Below, in pieces: positions 1 to 1,261 of a stretch of DNA of 1,261 bases (positions within the stretch are counted from its first letter, which is position 1; every line of letters starts with the position of its first letter). The stretch is taken from the NCBI GenBank assembly GCA_000004985.1, contig GG739468.1. One strand, 5' to 3'. This DNA comes from Naegleria gruberi (Eukaryota). Below the pieces are notes generated by a model that made no database searches, was not told the origin of the DNA, and saw only the letters and a program-made list of their open reading frames with translations. The translations under genes were made by a program, and so were the position numbers.

Positions 1-116
1 CCAAAGGAAAGACGTTGATTTTAAAACCATTGCAATATTAGAATTACATCTCTTATTATTTCAAAACACTCTCATATCCTTCATCCTTTAAATAATATTA
101 AATTGTAAATATATTA

Positions 117-138
117 TTATTAAATAATTATTAAATAT
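117..138. repeat. Short tandem repeat (2 x ~11 bp, ttattaaata[a/t]) inside an almost pure A/T low-complexity tract (~87-160).
   Basis: ttattaaata (117-126) is followed, after a one-base spacer (a127), by ttattaaata (128-137). The surrounding 87-160 region has essentially no G/C apart from single bases. This is typical intergenic simple sequence of AT-rich eukaryotic genomes. Confidence 0.4.
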
Positions 139-557
139 ACTTTTAATAATAAACATACCATCTCCATTTATCAGTTAGAATTAAATCCACACATAAATTG
201 TATCAGTGTAATGTGTTATTGATTCTGATAGACATGATGTAATAGGATATCAAGTGTTAACAACATAATATTATGACAAGAAGTAATGATGAAAATGTGG
301 AGAAGGTTGAAGTAAATTGCATTTTTTTAATAAATGAAAATTGATTGTGACGATGTTTACAACCACAGTGATTCCTGATTTGGAGAGAATAAATATGATG
401 TAATTATTGGTAAGTAACTTGAAAGATGTAACTTTGATAAACTTTTTATTAAACACCAACACACTATCCAAATATATTCAATAATTCATTACAACTTGGT
501 TCTCTCCACATTCCATTTCAATTCCAAATTCAAATTGACTGAATTCCAACTAAATTT

Positions 558-565
558 AAAAAAAA
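558..565 (+). promoter_or_regulatory. A-rich translation-initiation context (A9 immediately 5' of the ATG).
   Basis: tttAAAAAAAAATGc. A homopolymeric A run before the start codon is the preferred start context in many AT-rich eukaryotes (Dictyostelids and other protists; aaaaATG in nematodes). It supports 566 as a genuine start codon. Confidence 0.4.
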
Positions 566-1057
566 ATGCAAAATCCCAACCTTCTCTATACCAACTATTT
601 AATCTGTGTTATGGTAGGCCTTCGTGGTGGTGTTGTAGAATGTAATAAATTTGTGGAAAGTCTTGGCAGTTCAATCATTTCCAAATCATCATCTCTTCTC
701 TCCTCTCAAGAATCACTCTTTCTCAATAGTTCATTCCTATCAGAACAACGTCGTCGTCATGGAGGTGAATTTAAATTCAGAATGAATCAGAGAATTGCAT
801 TCCTTCAAGGAAATTCATTCACTCAATGGTCCAAGAATGATTATTTTAAAAATGTTAAGGAATTTAATTATGGTACTTTTGAGAATGGTGCGAAAGAATT
901 CTCGAGAGCAGATCAACTTTACATTTTGAATGAGAAGGAACAATTGGAATCAGGTGGATATGAAGCGATTTTATTATCATGGAGTAAAGTTGACATGTCA
1001 TACAAGAGAGAGAAGGTAATTGAGAATTTGAAAAGGAATTTTAAAGAATTTGAATGA
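566..1057 (+). CDS. Hypothetical protein, 163 aa. Orphan and Ser/Lys/Glu-rich, with a hydrophobic N-terminal segment (possible signal peptide or membrane anchor). No domain recognised.
   Basis: A 492-nt ORF from ATG (566-568) to TGA (1055-1057). The ATG is directly preceded by a 9-A run (558-566), the A-rich start context typical of AT-rich eukaryotes. An in-frame TAA lies at 557-559. G+C inside the ORF is clearly higher than in the nearly pure A/T flanks (e.g. 87-160). Codon third positions are mixed. An alternative in-frame start (ATG 611-613) would give 148 aa. No similarity to any family I can name from memory. The Ser-rich low-complexity stretch (aa ~32-59) is encoded by a TC-rich tract (687-724). 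Confidence 0.45.
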   Translation: MQNPNLLYTNYLICVMVGLRGGVVECNKFVESLGSSIISKSSSLLSSQESLFLNSSFLSEQRRRHGGEFKFRMNQRIAFLQGNSFTQWSKNDYFKNVKEFNYGTFENGAKEFSRADQLYILNEKEQLESGGYEAILLSWSKVDMSYKREKVIENLKRNFKEFE

Positions 1058-1124
1058 ACTGTTTTATAAAAATAACAGTATTACATCGTAGTTGGTTCGT
1101 AGACTTCATTTTAAAGAGGTGAAT

Positions 1125-1243
1125 GGCTACGGCCATATCACGATGAATGCACCTCATCCCGTCCGATTTGAGAAGTTAAGCATCGTCGAGCCACATCAGT
1201 ACTGAGGTTGGAGACAACTTGGGAACCTGTGGTGCTGTAGTCT
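1125..1243 (+). rRNA. 5S rRNA: 5S ribosomal RNA gene, about 119 nt, apparently intact.
   Basis: Sequence reads GGCTACGGCCATATCACGATGAATGCACCTCATCCCGTCCGATTTGAGAAGTTAAGCATCGTCGAGCCACATCAGTACTGAGGTTGGAGACAACTTGGGAACCTGTGGTGCTGTAGTC. It contains the universally conserved 5S blocks: 5' GNCTACGGCCATA, loop C CATCCCGTCCGAT, AAGTTAAGC (box A region, +49..+57), GTACT...GGAGAC...TGGGAA (box C region, +75..+101), and the 3' GGTGCTGTAG. The 5' end (GGCTACGGC) is complementary, with G-U pairs, to the 3' end (GCTGTAGTC), forming helix I. The length matches the canonical ~120 nt. A T5 terminator follows immediately. Confidence 0.93.
1173..1225 (+). promoter_or_regulatory. Internal control region of the 5S gene: box A-like, intermediate element and box C-like, for TFIIIA/TFIIIC.
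   Basis: AAGTTAAGCATCGTCGAG at +49..+66 matches the box A region of type-1 Pol III promoters. GTACTGAGGTTGGAGACAACTTGGGAA at +75..+101 corresponds to the box C region. Positions are by analogy to the Xenopus 5S ICR (+50..+97). The assignment is by position and conservation only. Confidence 0.5.
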
Positions 1244-1247
1244 TTTT
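1243..1247 (+). terminator. RNA polymerase III terminator (T5 run) for the 5S gene.
   Basis: TTTTT at 1243-1247 sits directly after the 3' helix-I strand of the 5S gene (…GCTGTAGTC|TTTTT CTT). Pol III terminates in runs of four or more T on the non-template strand. Confidence 0.7.
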
Positions 1248-1261
1248 CTTGTCAAATCTTA

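Noticed and set aside
271-471. 66-aa minus-strand ORF from the six-frame track (MDSVLVFNKKFIKVTSFKLLTNNYIIFILSKSGITVVVNIVTINFHLLKKCNLLQPSPHFHHYFLS).
   Set aside because: It lies in a very AT-rich spacer. Its composition (I/L/F/N/K-rich, as expected from translating A/T-rich DNA) and short length are consistent with a chance ORF. It has no start context, compositional contrast or recognisable motif.
687-724. TC-rich polypyrimidine tract (tcatcatctcttctctcctctc…) as a possible intron 3' polypyrimidine tract or regulatory CT element, implying the ORF is really two exons.
   Set aside because: The tract is in frame and encodes a plausible Ser/Leu-rich low-complexity segment. No GT donor or AG acceptor pair flanks it in a way that would preserve a longer frame. 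The contiguous ORF is the simpler model.
896-906. Adjacent EcoRI/XhoI sites (GAATTCTCGAG) resembling a cloning-adaptor or polylinker junction and hence a possible chimera or vector artefact.
   Set aside because: The reading frame (…AKEFSRAD…), codon usage and base composition continue uninterrupted across the site. There is no other vector-like sequence, and a second isolated GAATTC occurs at 541-546. I treat it as coincidence but it is worth a glance if the assembly comes from a cDNA or clone library.
1050-1124. tRNA gene fused upstream of the 5S gene (as in Yarrowia tRNA-5S units), suggested by a GGTTCGTAG box-B-like string at 1094-1102.
   Set aside because: There is no box A (TRGCNNAGTGG) and no cloverleaf-compatible stems. 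The region is too A/T-rich, and the GGTTCG match is partial (GGTTCGTAG vs GGTTCGANTCC).
1-1261. Nematode-type 5S–spliced-leader (SL1/SL2) linkage, or other small RNA genes (snRNA, SL RNA) in the 5S flank.
   Set aside because: Neither the SL1/SL2 22-mers nor their reverse complements nor an Sm-site (AATTTTGG) context are present. There are no other conserved small-RNA motifs that I can recognise.
1-1261. A prokaryotic defense or accessory 'system' (CRISPR repeats, toxin-antitoxin pair, operon).
   Set aside because: The sequence is eukaryotic in character: a eukaryote-type 5S with a Pol III T-run terminator, an A-run start context, and extreme A/T spacer. There are no direct repeat-spacer arrays, no Shine-Dalgarno motifs and no closely packed co-directional ORFs.

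Overview
This window looks like AT-rich eukaryotic nuclear DNA (protist, fungal or nematode-like), not a prokaryotic locus. I have no unique organism assignment. The one feature I am confident of is an intact 5S rRNA gene on the + strand at about 1125..1243. It carries the universally conserved 5S motifs, internal-control-region sequence at the expected positions, complementary 5' and 3' ends, and a T5 Pol III terminator directly after it. A 163-codon ORF (566..1057, +) sits 68 bp upstream on the same strand. It has a 9-A run directly before its ATG, visibly higher G+C than its flanks, and encodes an orphan Ser/Lys/Glu/Asn/Phe-rich protein with a hydrophobic N-terminus and no domain I recognise. 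I call it as a hypothetical CDS at moderate confidence. The remaining 565 bp upstream are extremely AT-rich low-complexity spacer. They contain a short tandem 11-mer, a pyrimidine/'ttccaaatt'-rich putative promoter/5' leader, and a few weak splice-site-like and start-like signals that I cannot substantiate. I see no CRISPR array, mobile-element termini, operon organisation or Shine-Dalgarno signals. In my reading the window holds no novel multi-gene 'system'. The most interesting points are the tight ORF–5S linkage and the apparently solitary (non-tandem) 5S copy.
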